From an uncultured Lentisphaeria bacterium (GTDB taxonomy: Bacteria > Verrucomicrobiota > Lentisphaeria > Victivallales > UBA1829): a stretch of DNA of 54,106 nt. The translations under genes and the position numbers were made by a program. The notes beneath the pieces are model-generated. The model saw only the letters and a program-made list of their open reading frames with translations. It searched no databases and was not told where the DNA came from. Below are positions 29,350 to 39,337 of this stretch, piece by piece; position 1 is the stretch's first letter; each line of letters begins with the position of its first letter. The stretch covers positions 1-54,106 of the forward strand of contig CAJMAW010000002.1 of the NCBI GenBank assembly GCA_905211485.1, written 5' to 3'.

Positions 29350-29988
29350 GTTCAAAAAGGCGCAGAAATCCCGGATATCGGCGAATCGGCCCGTGGCGGA
29401 GTCGAAATTTCCGTGAAGGCTCAAGCCCCGTGGAATGGCATAGGCCCGGAGTCCGGCCGCGCGTGCGGAAAGGATTCCCCGTTCGGAATCCTCCACCGCC
29501 ACAGTCTGCGCCGCGGAACAGCCCGCCCGCTCCAGAGCTTTGAGATAAGGTTCGGGATGGGGTTTGTGATGGGTGAAATCCCAGTCTCCCACAACGAAAT
29601 CGAAATAAGGAGCCAGACCGCTTGCCTCGTGAATCGTCCGGAAATGCATTTTCTGGCAGCAGGTCACGACGCCGATGCGGAAACGGCCGTGCAGTTCAGC
29701 CAGGACTTCCCTCACGCCGTCGATTACCAGCGAGCCGCCCCGTTCCAGCAGCATCCGGTCATACATCAGATTGCGTTTCTGACGCGCGGCCTCGGCTTCC
29801 TCACGCGTATAGCCGAGAGAAACAATCAGATCCGCCAGACTGAGCCCCCGGCTCATGCTCATGCGGGAAAACTCGGCCTCGTCAAGATCCCGGCCGAATT
29901 TCTTCATCATTTCACGGTTCGACTCGAAAAACACTCTTTCCGTGTCGACCAGTACGCCGTCGTTGTCAAAAAGTATGGTTTCTGTCAT
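29302..29988 (-). CDS. HAD-superfamily hydrolase (beta-phosphoglucomutase-like subfamily IA)
   Basis: Motif I FDNDGVLVDTE. Motif II VVTCC-type. Motif III/IV K....VEDSERGILSARAAG. Start at ATG 29988 (MTETILFDNDG). Its 3' end overlaps the convergent AddA-like gene by 48 nt. Confidence 0.8.
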   Translation of the reverse strand: MTETILFDNDGVLVDTERVFFESNREMMKKFGRDLDEAEFSRMSMSRGLSLADLIVSLGYTREEAEAARQKRNLMYDRMLLERGGSLVIDGVREVLAELHGRFRIGVVTCCQKMHFRTIHEASGLAPYFDFVVGDWDFTHHKPHPEPYLKALERAGCSAAQTVAVEDSERGILSARAAGLRAYAIPRGLSLHGNFDSATGRFADIRDFCAFLNSFPASGEEIRNVVAV

Positions 29989-30395
29989 TGCCGCAGTCCG
30001 TTGTCCGTCCTTGTCCGGGAAATCTCCCCTGAGTCTCTCTCTTTCTGGGAAGGAAAAGTCTCCCTCCCCTCCCCGGGCAAAGGAAAAGGGAAAAATGAAT
30101 GGATAGTATAGCACTTCCGTAAAAAGGATTCAAGAAGAAAAGCCGGAGAAAAAAAGAAGGGCAGAAGGAACAGGGCAGCCATCCCTTCTTTCCCCGGAAA
30201 AACAGAGAAAAAAAACTGCCAGACGCTGGCAAAGATACAGGAAAAGATTATATTCTAAAAGACGGAAAAGGATTCTTCAGTACCGGGCGGGCTTTTCCCG
30301 GTACGTCCTTTGCACATCCGTCGTCTTTTCCGGGAGTAAAATATCAAGGAGAAGACGAAGGGGGAAAATCTGGTCATGAAAGGGAACTAAAAAAA

Positions 30396-30959
30396 ATGAG
30401 CAGAATCGTCACCATCCTTGCGGCCGCACTCTGTGTGATTACACTCTCTGCGTGCACATCCGTTCATACAAGCGATGCGGGAAGCATCAATCATTATCCG
30501 CAGACTGTCGGGCCGACCGATCACTACCGCCCGCTCTACAAAGTGGAGCCGACGAAGAAAGTTTCCGGCGCCGCGGAAGTCAATGTCCTCTTCGGGATCT
30601 TCGCCTGGGGAGACACCTCCAATTTCGCCGACAACGCCTACTTCAGCCAGTCGCTTTTCTCCATCATTTTCCCGAGCGCCCGGGAAATTTCCGGCAAAGC
30701 GGCTTTCTACAACGCCTGCAAAGCTGCGGCCTGCGATGCCGTCGTGGCTGCCCGTTACGAGATTGAAGAAACCGACTATTTTGTCTTCAAGATCCTGAAA
30801 ACAAAAGTCTCCGGTTTCCCGGCGACTCTGATCGGAGTGGAGACGGTCAAGCCCATGCCTTATTATATCGATGGATCGGGGAATGTGGTCGTCATGAAGG
30901 AATTTGTCACGCCGCATTTGCTCTTCGACGCAAGCAAAGGGAAATGCTGGCTCTTCTGA
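30396..30959 (+). CDS. putative lipoprotein (possibly TRL-like family)
   Basis: Signal peptide with lipobox LSAC (MSRIVTILAAALCVITLSAC). The family guess rests only on the VLFGIFAWGD-type motif. Followed by a strong terminator. Confidence 0.6.
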   Translation: MSRIVTILAAALCVITLSACTSVHTSDAGSINHYPQTVGPTDHYRPLYKVEPTKKVSGAAEVNVLFGIFAWGDTSNFADNAYFSQSLFSIIFPSAREISGKAAFYNACKAAACDAVVAARYEIEETDYFVFKILKTKVSGFPATLIGVETVKPMPYYIDGSGNVVVMKEFVTPHLLFDASKGKCWLF

Positions 30960-30992
30960 AGCCGCTTCTCCCGACATCTTTTTCTGCCTGTG

Positions 30993-31023
30993 AGGGACGT
31001 CTTGAAAAAGACGTCCCTTTTTC
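30993..31023 (+). terminator. rho-independent terminator after lipoprotein gene
   Basis: 11-bp stem AGGGACGTCTT / AAGACGTCCCT with a GAAA loop, followed by a T-run. It starts 34 nt after the stop. Confidence 0.8.
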
Positions 31024-31288
31024 CTCTTCCCCCTCTTGCCTTTCCGTTTTCTATTTCATCCATTGTCCACATCCTTTCTTTTTCTGATCCCGTTTTCCCC
31101 TCTCATCGCCATTTTGTTGCATCTTCTATCTCCCCCTCACACGGATCCGATACGGGAATCTTTTCGGGAGGGAAATTGAAAAAGCCCTGCGCGAAGGGTA
31201 TATTCCCCGGCGGGAAGCGGAGGATCAGCGTTCCTCCGGGGGGGGAGAAAAAACGCTGAAAAATGATGAAAACAGAAGGATCTTTGCA

Positions 31289-32101
31289 ATGAAATCTTCC
31301 CGGCTTGTTTTATTCCTGACAATCTCTGCCGTTTGTCTTTCATTTTCACTCGGGAATCTCCTCGGAGCCGATCACGCCGCAGCCAACGGGAGAGGAATGC
31401 CCGCATCCAGTCCGTCTTCCGCAGAACAGGGTGCGGGGAAAGAGCCGGAAAACTCGAAAGGCTCCGTGATCGAACACCCGGAAGGGGAATGGCGGGCCCT
31501 CATTCTTCAGCACGGGAGGAGAACGGCCAGAGCACCGTTTGTCTGGATTCTCACAAGCGACGGGCAATGGGGAACACGTCAGGACGGGAAGACGGAAGCG
31601 GTCCATTCCGGAATTTTCCGTCTCTCCGGGAACCGGCTGCTTTTCTTTCCCCCGCAGGAACAGCTGGAAGGATCCTCCGCGCAGGCGCTGATCGCGACCG
31701 CAAAAGACAAGGACAGTTTTCTTCTCGGAGAAGAGGCGCAGACACTGCATGTCATGGAATTCAGACGTCTTTCCCTTCTTCGGGATCCGGATCCGGAATT
31801 TCTATCCGGCACCTGGCGCTTCACCCAGCTGGATCCTGAGACGAAGGAAAGGAGGAAGTCCCCCTTCCGCGTTCTCTTCAGCAGAGACGGGCACTATTCC
31901 GCGGAAGCGGATCAGGGCACAAGCCCCCTTCCTCCGGGAGCCGCGGAAGGCAGCTGGATTCTGGAAGACGGGCTTCTCCGGCTCCGGAATCAGTTCAAAG
32001 GGGATGGCTTCTGGAAGGCTCCGGTCTTTTTCCGGGACGGGGACACCCTTGTTCTGAACCGTTCAGGCATCCATCTGTATGGAGAAAAGGAAACCCCTTG
32101 A
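31289..32101 (+). CDS. hypothetical secreted protein with two internal lipocalin-like repeats
   Basis: Signal-like N-terminus MKSSRLVLFLTISAVCLSFSLG. Two similar modules: GEWRALI..FVWILTSDGQWG..GIFRLSGNRLLF and GTWRFTQ..FRVLFSRDGHYS..GSWILEDGLLRL. Confidence 0.55.
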   Translation: MKSSRLVLFLTISAVCLSFSLGNLLGADHAAANGRGMPASSPSSAEQGAGKEPENSKGSVIEHPEGEWRALILQHGRRTARAPFVWILTSDGQWGTRQDGKTEAVHSGIFRLSGNRLLFFPPQEQLEGSSAQALIATAKDKDSFLLGEEAQTLHVMEFRRLSLLRDPDPEFLSGTWRFTQLDPETKERRKSPFRVLFSRDGHYSAEADQGTSPLPPGAAEGSWILEDGLLRLRNQFKGDGFWKAPVFFRDGDTLVLNRSGIHLYGEKETP

Positions 32102-32296
32102 AAACGCATTTTTCCCTTCCTGAAACCGCTATAATAAACCCGGGCCAGGTAAAAAACGCGGATAGAGGAAAAAAACGCCGTAAAAAAAGTACAAGACAAG
32201 AGCTTCAGAAGCAGAAAGAAAAAAAACGCTTCCCGTTTTTGCAATCATGAGCAGGAGGAGAAAAGACGGAAGCGGAGAAGGAGGCCGCGGCCAATC

Positions 32297-33805
32297 ATGG
32301 GTGAAACTCTGAAACGACGGGACTTCCGTCCCTCTGAAATTCCCGTATCGCCCGGAGTCTATCTTTACCGGGATCTCTTCGGGACGGTCATCTATGTGGG
32401 GAAAGCGCGGAACCTCAGGCGGCGGATGTCTCAATACTTCCAGCCTTCGCGTGAGACCCGGGCAGATCCGAAACTGCGTTCCCTGATCCATTCGATCGAG
32501 AGCTGGGAATACATTCCCGTCCGCAGCGAGGATGAATCGCTGATTCTGGAATCGCGCCTCATCAAGGAATACGCTCCGAAATACAACATCCTGCTGCGGG
32601 ACGACAAGCGCCTTCTGCTCTTGAAAATCGATCCGAACGAGAAATTTCCGCGTTTGAAACTTGCCCGTCTGAAGAAGGACGACTCCTGTCTTTACTTCGG
32701 CCCATTCCCGAAAGGCGGCGAACTCCGCAGGACGGCGGAATTTCTGACCCGTCATCTGGGTCTCCGCAGCTGCAAGGCGGCCGTCCCCGGCGAAACTGAC
32801 AAGGCGCATTGCCTTGCCGGAACCGTGCGTGACTGCTGCAGACCGTGCGTGGGTGATGTTTCCGAAGAGGAATATTCAGCCCGGGTACAGCGTCTGATCG
32901 AAATCCTCAACGGAGACATTTCCGAGATCACAGACCTCCTGAAACAGAAGATGACGGAAGCCGCCGGAAAAAAACAATACGAAAAAGCCGCCGCCTTCCG
33001 TGACATGGCTCATAATCTGGAATCGCTTTACGGGGAGAAACGGAGAATTTTTCTGCGCGGGGCCTCGGGACTTGTCGTTCAGGCGCCCGGGAAGGAAGGA
33101 GTAAAGGACCTTCAGGAGGCGCTGAAACTGGGATCGCCGCCACAAAACATCGAATGTTTCGACATATCCAATATTTCCGGGACGCTTGCCGTCGCCAGCC
33201 TCGTCCATTTCACCGACGGACGTCCGGAGAAAGCCCGATACAAGCGGTTCCGGATCCGGACCGTCGTTGGGGCGAATGATTTCGCCATGATGGCGGAAGC
33301 TGTCAAACGTCATTTCACCCGTCTCATGGAAGAACACATCCCTTTCCCGGACCTCCTCATGGTCGACGGAGGCAAAGGTCAGCTCAGCTCCACTTTGAAG
33401 GCGCTTGTGGAAATCAATGCCCCCCCCTTCCCCGTGATCGGACTGGCCAAGAAGCAGGAGGAAATCTTTGTCCCCGGCCGCTCCGAAGCACTGGTCCTGC
33501 CCCATGACAGAAGCGCTCTCAAACTGCTCCAGGCTGTCCGCGACGAAGCGCACCGCTTCGCCATCACCTACCACCGGAGCCTCCGCCTGAAACTCATCAA
33601 GGACTCCATTCTGGATGACATCGAAGGAATCGGGAAAGCACGCAAAAACGCCATTCTCCAGGAATTCGGCTCCGTCCGCGCCCTCCGCCGCGCCACCCCG
33701 GAAGAAATTGCCAGGCGAATCCCCGGAATCGGCCCCGAATTCGCACACAGCATTTATGAATATCTGCAATCCCATAAACCGGATGGAGAAATTGATCCGC
33801 TCTGA
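32297..33805 (+). CDS. uvrC: excinuclease ABC subunit C (UvrC)
   Basis: GIY-YIG domain (GVYLYRD..VIYVGKARNLRRRMSQYF). UVR motif (QYEKAAAFRDMAHNLESL). Endonuclease domain (ECFDISNISGT, YKRFRI, DDFAMM, LMVDGGKGQL). C-terminal (HhH)2 (IEGIGKARKNAIL..IPGIGPEFA). At 502 aa it is at the short end for UvrC. Confidence 0.9.
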   Translation: MGETLKRRDFRPSEIPVSPGVYLYRDLFGTVIYVGKARNLRRRMSQYFQPSRETRADPKLRSLIHSIESWEYIPVRSEDESLILESRLIKEYAPKYNILLRDDKRLLLLKIDPNEKFPRLKLARLKKDDSCLYFGPFPKGGELRRTAEFLTRHLGLRSCKAAVPGETDKAHCLAGTVRDCCRPCVGDVSEEEYSARVQRLIEILNGDISEITDLLKQKMTEAAGKKQYEKAAAFRDMAHNLESLYGEKRRIFLRGASGLVVQAPGKEGVKDLQEALKLGSPPQNIECFDISNISGTLAVASLVHFTDGRPEKARYKRFRIRTVVGANDFAMMAEAVKRHFTRLMEEHIPFPDLLMVDGGKGQLSSTLKALVEINAPPFPVIGLAKKQEEIFVPGRSEALVLPHDRSALKLLQAVRDEAHRFAITYHRSLRLKLIKDSILDDIEGIGKARKNAILQEFGSVRALRRATPEEIARRIPGIGPEFAHSIYEYLQSHKPDGEIDPL

Positions 33806-34013
33806 TTTTTTCCTTCTCTTTTTCCTCCTTCCACGCTGAAAAATCTGCTAAAAAAACAAAAAAGAAATCCGGAATTCAGAGAAAGCAAAATCAAAATCGT
33901 AAATTAAATCCCGCTTCCCTTTCCGAGGGAAAGGATCCCCACATCCTTTTCCGCAGCGGGAAACGGGAATGAAAAACGGAAATGAAAAAAAGAAAAGATC
34001 CAGGAGGCCCCCC

Positions 34014-34517
34014 ATGACCGCGGATGAAATCATTCAGACTTTGAACATGTTTCCACTGGAAATGGAAGGGGGATACTGCTGTGAACTCTACCAGTCCGGA
34101 AGACGTCTTCCCGGCGGACGGCCCTGCGGGAGCGGAATCTACTATCTTCTGAAAAGCCGGGACCGTTCCCGCTGGCACAAACTCGATGCGGATGAACTCT
34201 GGTACTATCACAGCGGTTCTCCCATTCTCCAGCTGCTGATTTACCCGGACGGAAGCCTGAAACGGATCGTCATCGGTCCGGACGTTCTGCATGGTGAAAC
34301 GCCCCAGAGCATCGTTCCCGCAGATACCTGGCAGACCTCCATCACGCTCCGGCGCGGAGCGGAAGACTGGAGCCTTGCCGGAACGGCGGTCTTTCCCGGA
34401 TTCGAGTATTCCGCCTTCACGGGGGCGGGTGATTCTGAAATTCTTGCTTCTTATCCGCAATGGAATGTTGAAATACGGTCTTTCCTCTCCCTTGTTTCCG
34501 CCGGAGCTTCCATCTGA
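34014..34517 (+). CDS. cupin-fold protein, DUF985 (YML079w-like)
   Basis: LEMEGGYCCELYQS, SGIYYLL....SRWHKLDADELWYYHSG and LAGTAVFPGFEYSAF match the DUF985 cupin pattern. ATG 34014 has AGGAGG 6 nt upstream, while the track start is 33969. Confidence 0.75.
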   Translation: MTADEIIQTLNMFPLEMEGGYCCELYQSGRRLPGGRPCGSGIYYLLKSRDRSRWHKLDADELWYYHSGSPILQLLIYPDGSLKRIVIGPDVLHGETPQSIVPADTWQTSITLRRGAEDWSLAGTAVFPGFEYSAFTGAGDSEILASYPQWNVEIRSFLSLVSAGASI

Positions 34518-35116
34518 GGGAAAAAAACAAAAACAGCTTTTCCGGAGCTCTCACTTGAAGAATGAAAAAGAAATGACTGCATTGAAGAAGGGAAGTCTTT
34601 TTCAGCAGGCGTTCAGCATGTGTAATGTGTAATATATATAGTCCCGTGCATGAAGAAGTTTCCGGATCTCAGAGGGGCGATCTCCTGAAAAAACGGGTTT
34701 GCCGAATCGTAAATCATCCCATCCCGGCAAGTCCCGAATGTTCCGTCTGGAAGCCGATGATCAGACGCTTCTCATGATAAGAGCGAATAACCGGGCTTCT
34801 TCGCCGCCGCATCATGAATCCGTTTGCGTATCGCCCCGGAAATCTCTCCCATGTTCCGCATGACACGCAAAACTGTGGGGATGGCATATCCTATTCCGCC
34901 GCCGTCTTCGCGCTGTTCTTCAAACGGGGCAGTTCCTCCGCCCCATGGCAGAATGAATGCTTTTCCTTTGTTGGGGAAAACGGCCGGCGCGTTCTTCTAT
35001 GTCATCAGGATTGCATGAAAAGAGTCTTCCTGATTTGAAAGAGTTTTCCTTTTCCCGCGGATTTCCCGGATGCACTGAAGCAAATTCCCCTTCCCGGAGG
35101 AAGCGGGAAATCCGGA

Positions 35117-36394
35117 TCATTCACGGGCACGGTGAAGATATTTCCCGTGTGTCTCCGGAATCAGGAACGAAGCGATAAAGGAAAGGGTGCTGGGAAGCAG
35201 AAGGAGCATAAAGAGTGTCAGATACGCTTCCTTCGGGTAGACGAGAGCGCCGCGGACTTCGCGTCCTCCGAAAGCGTCCAGCAGCATCCCCACCAGAAGA
35301 GAGAAAACTGCAACCGCAAGATAATTGATCATGTTGATGAAACCGGTTGCCTGCGTCATTGTTTCCGGCGTGTTCACCTCCTGCTCCGCCATGGAAAAGA
35401 TTACCGAGAACCCCGAGGCGACGGCATACAGCAGATAACAGAGTGCGAATACTCTTCCGCTGAACTCGAAATAAATGGCAAGCGTCATCAGAATCGTATT
35501 CAGGAAACAGAGTGTCGTCGAAAAGAGGATCAGCGGTTTGCGGCGGTTCCGCATCAGGCGCGACAGAATGCTGGAACTGAAAAGCACCGTCATGCAGACG
35601 CACGTCAATGCGAAAATACATGCCGCCGCTCCGGAGGAACTCATTCCCGTGAAATCCTCCAGAAACTTCTTCCCGAAGACGGTCTGAATGATGAAGTAAA
35701 TCGCGAAATTGACCGTTGAGCAATACAGAATCAGCCAGGACCAGGGGTTGCGCAGGACTTTCAGAAACGGCGCAAGGGAAAGTTTTCCCGGCGTAACTCC
35801 CGAAGGCGGGACCATGCGTTTCCCCAGCAGGAAAAGACCGTAAAGGATGAAAGAAAGAATTCCCGAAGCAAGCAGGACCTTCCTCCAGGAAAAGACGGCG
35901 ATCAGGCGCTCGAAAGGAAGCGTTCCGCACAGTCCGCCTCCGTAGCCGACAAAATAGACGACGCCCATCACAACAGCATAGTTCTTGTGGCCGAAAATAT
36001 GATCGGTCTCCTTGACCAGGCTCAAATACATCGTGCTTGCACCGAGTCCCGCCAGCATCCGGCACAGATAAAGTCCACCGGGCGTGTCCAGGAACGGAAA
36101 GACAAATGTGCCCGCGCAGAAAAGAAGTCCGCCGTATGTGACGATGCGCGCTCCGCCGTATTTGTCCGCCAGCATCCCGACGAAGGTCTGCGAGAGCGCA
36201 TAAATGTAGATGAATGACGCCCCCATCGCGGCGATCTGAAACGCGTTCAGTTTCAAATCGGCCTGGAGCTGGTTGAAGATTGTGCCGGGCACCGCGGTCC
36301 GCTGGAAATATGACGACGCATAAAGGAACAGCATCGGCAGGAAGAGAAGCATCGAGCCCCTGCTTTTCAAAAGAGTGCGGAAAAAGTAGGACAT
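35117..36394 (-). CDS. MFS transporter
   Basis: 425 aa with about 12 predicted hydrophobic spans and an MFS loop 2-3-like motif (GMLADKYGGARIV). The start lies only 4 nt after the LysR stop on the same strand. Confidence 0.85.
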   Translation of the reverse strand: MSYFFRTLLKSRGSMLLFLPMLFLYASSYFQRTAVPGTIFNQLQADLKLNAFQIAAMGASFIYIYALSQTFVGMLADKYGGARIVTYGGLLFCAGTFVFPFLDTPGGLYLCRMLAGLGASTMYLSLVKETDHIFGHKNYAVVMGVVYFVGYGGGLCGTLPFERLIAVFSWRKVLLASGILSFILYGLFLLGKRMVPPSGVTPGKLSLAPFLKVLRNPWSWLILYCSTVNFAIYFIIQTVFGKKFLEDFTGMSSSGAAACIFALTCVCMTVLFSSSILSRLMRNRRKPLILFSTTLCFLNTILMTLAIYFEFSGRVFALCYLLYAVASGFSVIFSMAEQEVNTPETMTQATGFINMINYLAVAVFSLLVGMLLDAFGGREVRGALVYPKEAYLTLFMLLLLPSTLSFIASFLIPETHGKYLHRARE

Positions 36395-36398
36395 TCTT

Positions 36399-37283
36399 TC
36401 AGCCTTCTTTCACGTTGTATCTGCGTTTCATGATTTCAATCAGAGCTCGCAGCGGCGGCGGAACGGAGCGCGACGCATCAAGCTGGAATCCGATTTCAAT
36501 TTCGATTCCCGTACGGAAAGCGCTCACAACGATGTTGTCTTTCGGAAAGTTATTCAGTACATATTCCGGAATGACGCCGTATCCCATGTTTTTCCGTACA
36601 TAGGTGATGATGGTTTCCGAATAGCGTGTCTGGAGAAAGAGCGGCGAGTGCGCCAGCCAGGGCAGAGCACCGAGAAATTTTTTCAGAACCGATTCATCCG
36701 TATAGGTAATGCATGGCTGTTTCTCCAGAAGTTCCGGCGTAATTTCCTTTTCACGCGCCAGGGGAGAACGGTGGGAAAAAATCAGCACCATGCGGCTTTT
36801 GAAAAGGCGCGTAAAGGCGATTTTTTCCGAGCGGTACGGCGTCACGCCCACGACGATGTCCAGTTTTCCGGAAAGAAGATCTTCCGTTGATTCACTCCAG
36901 TCCTTTTCAAAGATCACCGGCTGAATGCCGGGGTGTTTACCCGTCAGTTCGCTGATCAGGTCCGGCATGATCGTCCGCGAGGTATGCGGGCCGCAGCCGA
37001 TGAGGAGTCTGCCGGAGACACGGTGCAGAAACGTGTTCATCTCAGCCGGCAGGTCGTTGATCCGCGTCACAATGTTTTTCGCGTATCCATAGAGGAAATT
37101 GCCTTCCCGCGTCAGAATCATGCGCCTGCCTCGGCGGAGGAAGAGTTCGCAGCAAAGCTCTTCCTCCAGAAGACGCAGCTGCTTGCTGACCGCTGGCTGT
37201 GTGACAAAGAGCTCCTGTGCCGCCTTTGTGACGCTTCCAAGTTCCACGACTTTCCGGAAATATTCCAGCTGAATGAAATTCAC
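36399..37283 (-). CDS. LysR family transcriptional regulator
   Basis: N-terminal HTH MNFIQLEYFRKVVELGSVTKAAQELFVTQPAVSKQLRLLEEEL plus a LysR substrate-binding-type C-terminal half. It is co-directional with, rather than divergent from, the MFS gene. Confidence 0.9.
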   Translation of the reverse strand: MNFIQLEYFRKVVELGSVTKAAQELFVTQPAVSKQLRLLEEELCCELFLRRGRRMILTREGNFLYGYAKNIVTRINDLPAEMNTFLHRVSGRLLIGCGPHTSRTIMPDLISELTGKHPGIQPVIFEKDWSESTEDLLSGKLDIVVGVTPYRSEKIAFTRLFKSRMVLIFSHRSPLAREKEITPELLEKQPCITYTDESVLKKFLGALPWLAHSPLFLQTRYSETIITYVRKNMGYGVIPEYVLNNFPKDNIVVSAFRTGIEIEIGFQLDASRSVPPPLRALIEIMKRRYNVKEG

Positions 37284-37969
37284 GTCCCGCTCCTTTTCTC
37301 TCGAAAGGAAGATAATATAACTGTGTTTTACAATAATGAAAATGAATCTTTCTTATTAAAACTATAACCTATGGTGATTGTTCCGTTCTGTTCCAGGAAC
37401 AGCATCCCTGCGCTTTTCCTCCTCGCTTCCGATTGTAAAAAAAATCCTCTTTCTTTCGCAGGCATAAATCCCAGCAGAAGTGTCAGCTCAGGCGTCCGCA
37501 GCGGAAGTGCGGGAAAACGGATCGTCAGGCAATAACGCCGGAAGCAGAGCCGTCCCTCCCCCCTCCCCTGAGCTGAAGCCGTTCACGATGACGATCTGCG
37601 AGTGCGAGTTCCCCGACATCTTCCGCATACAGTCGTTTTACAGTCCCGTCCTCGGCAGGCGCACGCTGCGGAAAGCAGCAACATCCCTCTGGGGAAATTG
37701 CCATGGCCCCGCATCGAAGACGTCCAGAATCAGAAGGATGATTGCCGCCGGAATGATTCCGAGTGAGCAGCAGATGCGTTTCCCCTCCCTCCGCCTCGTA
37801 AAGAAAAAGGCGTTGAGATCAGGGAAGCTTGCCGCCATGTCGAAGTTGGACAGAAGCAAGGCATTTGCGGCGCTTCCTTGCCGTATCCGATCCATGGAAT
37901 CGCATATTCCGCCCCTTGCTTTTTTTCTCTTGTTCCAGCTGATGACAGGAGTCTTCCTTCCGCCGAGCG

Positions 37970-39139
37970 TCAGACGAAACTGTGCGTGATCTGGATCTGC
38001 GTCTCCACCCGGGAGTCGTGTGCGCGGAGCTGCGCGGTGATTTTGTCGATCAGCTCCCCGTTGCCGAGGAAGAATTTGCGAGGAACAAGGAGCTGGAAGT
38101 TCAGGAGAATCCGTTCCTGCGACTGTTCCAGGCGGAAGTCATACAGTTTCAGTTCGGGATCCAGTTCGCCGATCAGATCCTCGGCGAGCGTGCGCCAGCG
38201 TTTCAGTTCGGGGTCCTGGCTGGAAAACGGGTCGCAGTGCAGCAGAAGGCGCACGGGCATGTGACGGGCGATTTCGACCTCGGCTGCCTCCAGTGCGTCG
38301 TGAATCTGGACCATATCGCGTTTTTCCGGATTGATTTCGGCGTGCGCGGTTGCGAAATAGCGGTCCGGACCGTAACTGTGGACGATGATGTCATGAACGC
38401 CGCAGATGTCTTTGCAGCGGAGGAGCCGTTCGCGAATCTCCGTCACGAGCTTCCGATCGGGACACTCTCCGAGCAGAGGATTGATGATTTCGCGCAGTAC
38501 CTTTGCCCCGCCGGAAATGATGAACAGCGCGACAAGGAGTCCGGCGATCCCGTCCACGGGAAAGGCCGTATAGTGGGAAATGAGCAGCGAGAGAATCACA
38601 AGCGAGCTTGTCAAAATGTCGCTCAGGCTGTCGAACGCGACTGCGTGGATCGTTTTCGAGGCGATTTTCCGCGCAACCTTCCGGTAGACGAAAAACATCC
38701 ACAGTTTGACAGGCAGCGTTGCAAGCAGAAACGCAAACGCAAGCGCTGTTATTTTGATCCGGGACGGATGGATCAGACGCTCGACGGAAAGTTTCAGAAA
38801 ATCAAGGCCCACCGCAATGATGATGACCGCGACAATCAGCCCCGCGACATATTCGAGCCGTCCATGCCCGAACGGATGTTCGTCGTCTGCGGGCTTGTCG
38901 GCGAATTTGAATCCGAAGAGCGTGATTACCGCCGATCCCGCGTCGGAGAGGTTGTTCACCGCGTCCGCGCTTACCGCGATACTTCCGGTCAGGATGCCGA
39001 CCGTGACCTTGACGCCGCAGAGCACAAGATTCGTCAGGATCCCGTACCAGCCGCAGAAGATTCCATAGGCGGTTCTTCCCTGCGACGATGTTACATCGCC
39101 TGGATTCCGCAGAAAAAGACGGATCAGCAGTTCATTCAT
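37970..39139 (-). CDS. cation diffusion facilitator (CDF) family metal transporter
   Basis: CDF TM motifs (AVNNLSDAGSAVITL, DDEHPFGHGRLEYVAGL) and a C-terminal cytoplasmic domain. Start at ATG 39139 (MNELLIRLF) rather than the track start 39262. Confidence 0.85.
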   Translation of the reverse strand: MNELLIRLFLRNPGDVTSSQGRTAYGIFCGWYGILTNLVLCGVKVTVGILTGSIAVSADAVNNLSDAGSAVITLFGFKFADKPADDEHPFGHGRLEYVAGLIVAVIIIAVGLDFLKLSVERLIHPSRIKITALAFAFLLATLPVKLWMFFVYRKVARKIASKTIHAVAFDSLSDILTSSLVILSLLISHYTAFPVDGIAGLLVALFIISGGAKVLREIINPLLGECPDRKLVTEIRERLLRCKDICGVHDIIVHSYGPDRYFATAHAEINPEKRDMVQIHDALEAAEVEIARHMPVRLLLHCDPFSSQDPELKRWRTLAEDLIGELDPELKLYDFRLEQSQERILLNFQLLVPRKFFLGNGELIDKITAQLRAHDSRVETQIQITHSFV

Positions 39140-39277
39140 GATGTTCCTCTCTTGTTTCAAAGCGGGAATTATACAGGAAACAGAATGGATTGCAAACTCT
39201 TTTTCGCGTTCTTTTGCGTTTTTTCCCCTCTGCCGCAGAACTTTTTCCTGAAAATAACGCATTGCCCATTTGCTTTT

Positions 39278-39315
39278 ATTTTGTATCGTGCTATTTGTAA
39301 AACAAAATACAAAAT
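39278..39315. promoter_or_regulatory. nested inverted repeat in AT-rich CDF/IclR divergent spacer (candidate operator)
   Basis: ATTTTGTAT (39278-39286) and its exact reverse complement ATACAAAAT (39307-39315) flank a second imperfect palindrome ATTTGTAAAACAAAAT. TATAAT sits at 39316-39321. Confidence 0.45.
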
Positions 39316-39337
39316 TATAATTTCATATTATAAAATT

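Noticed and set aside
37480-37989. 169-aa ORF in the LysR/CDF spacer, overlapping the CDF 3' end.
   Set aside because: The composition is not protein-like (A/S/R/P-rich, no motifs). It has no SD, and it overlaps the convergent CDF gene end. Kept only as part of the unexplained-spacer finding.
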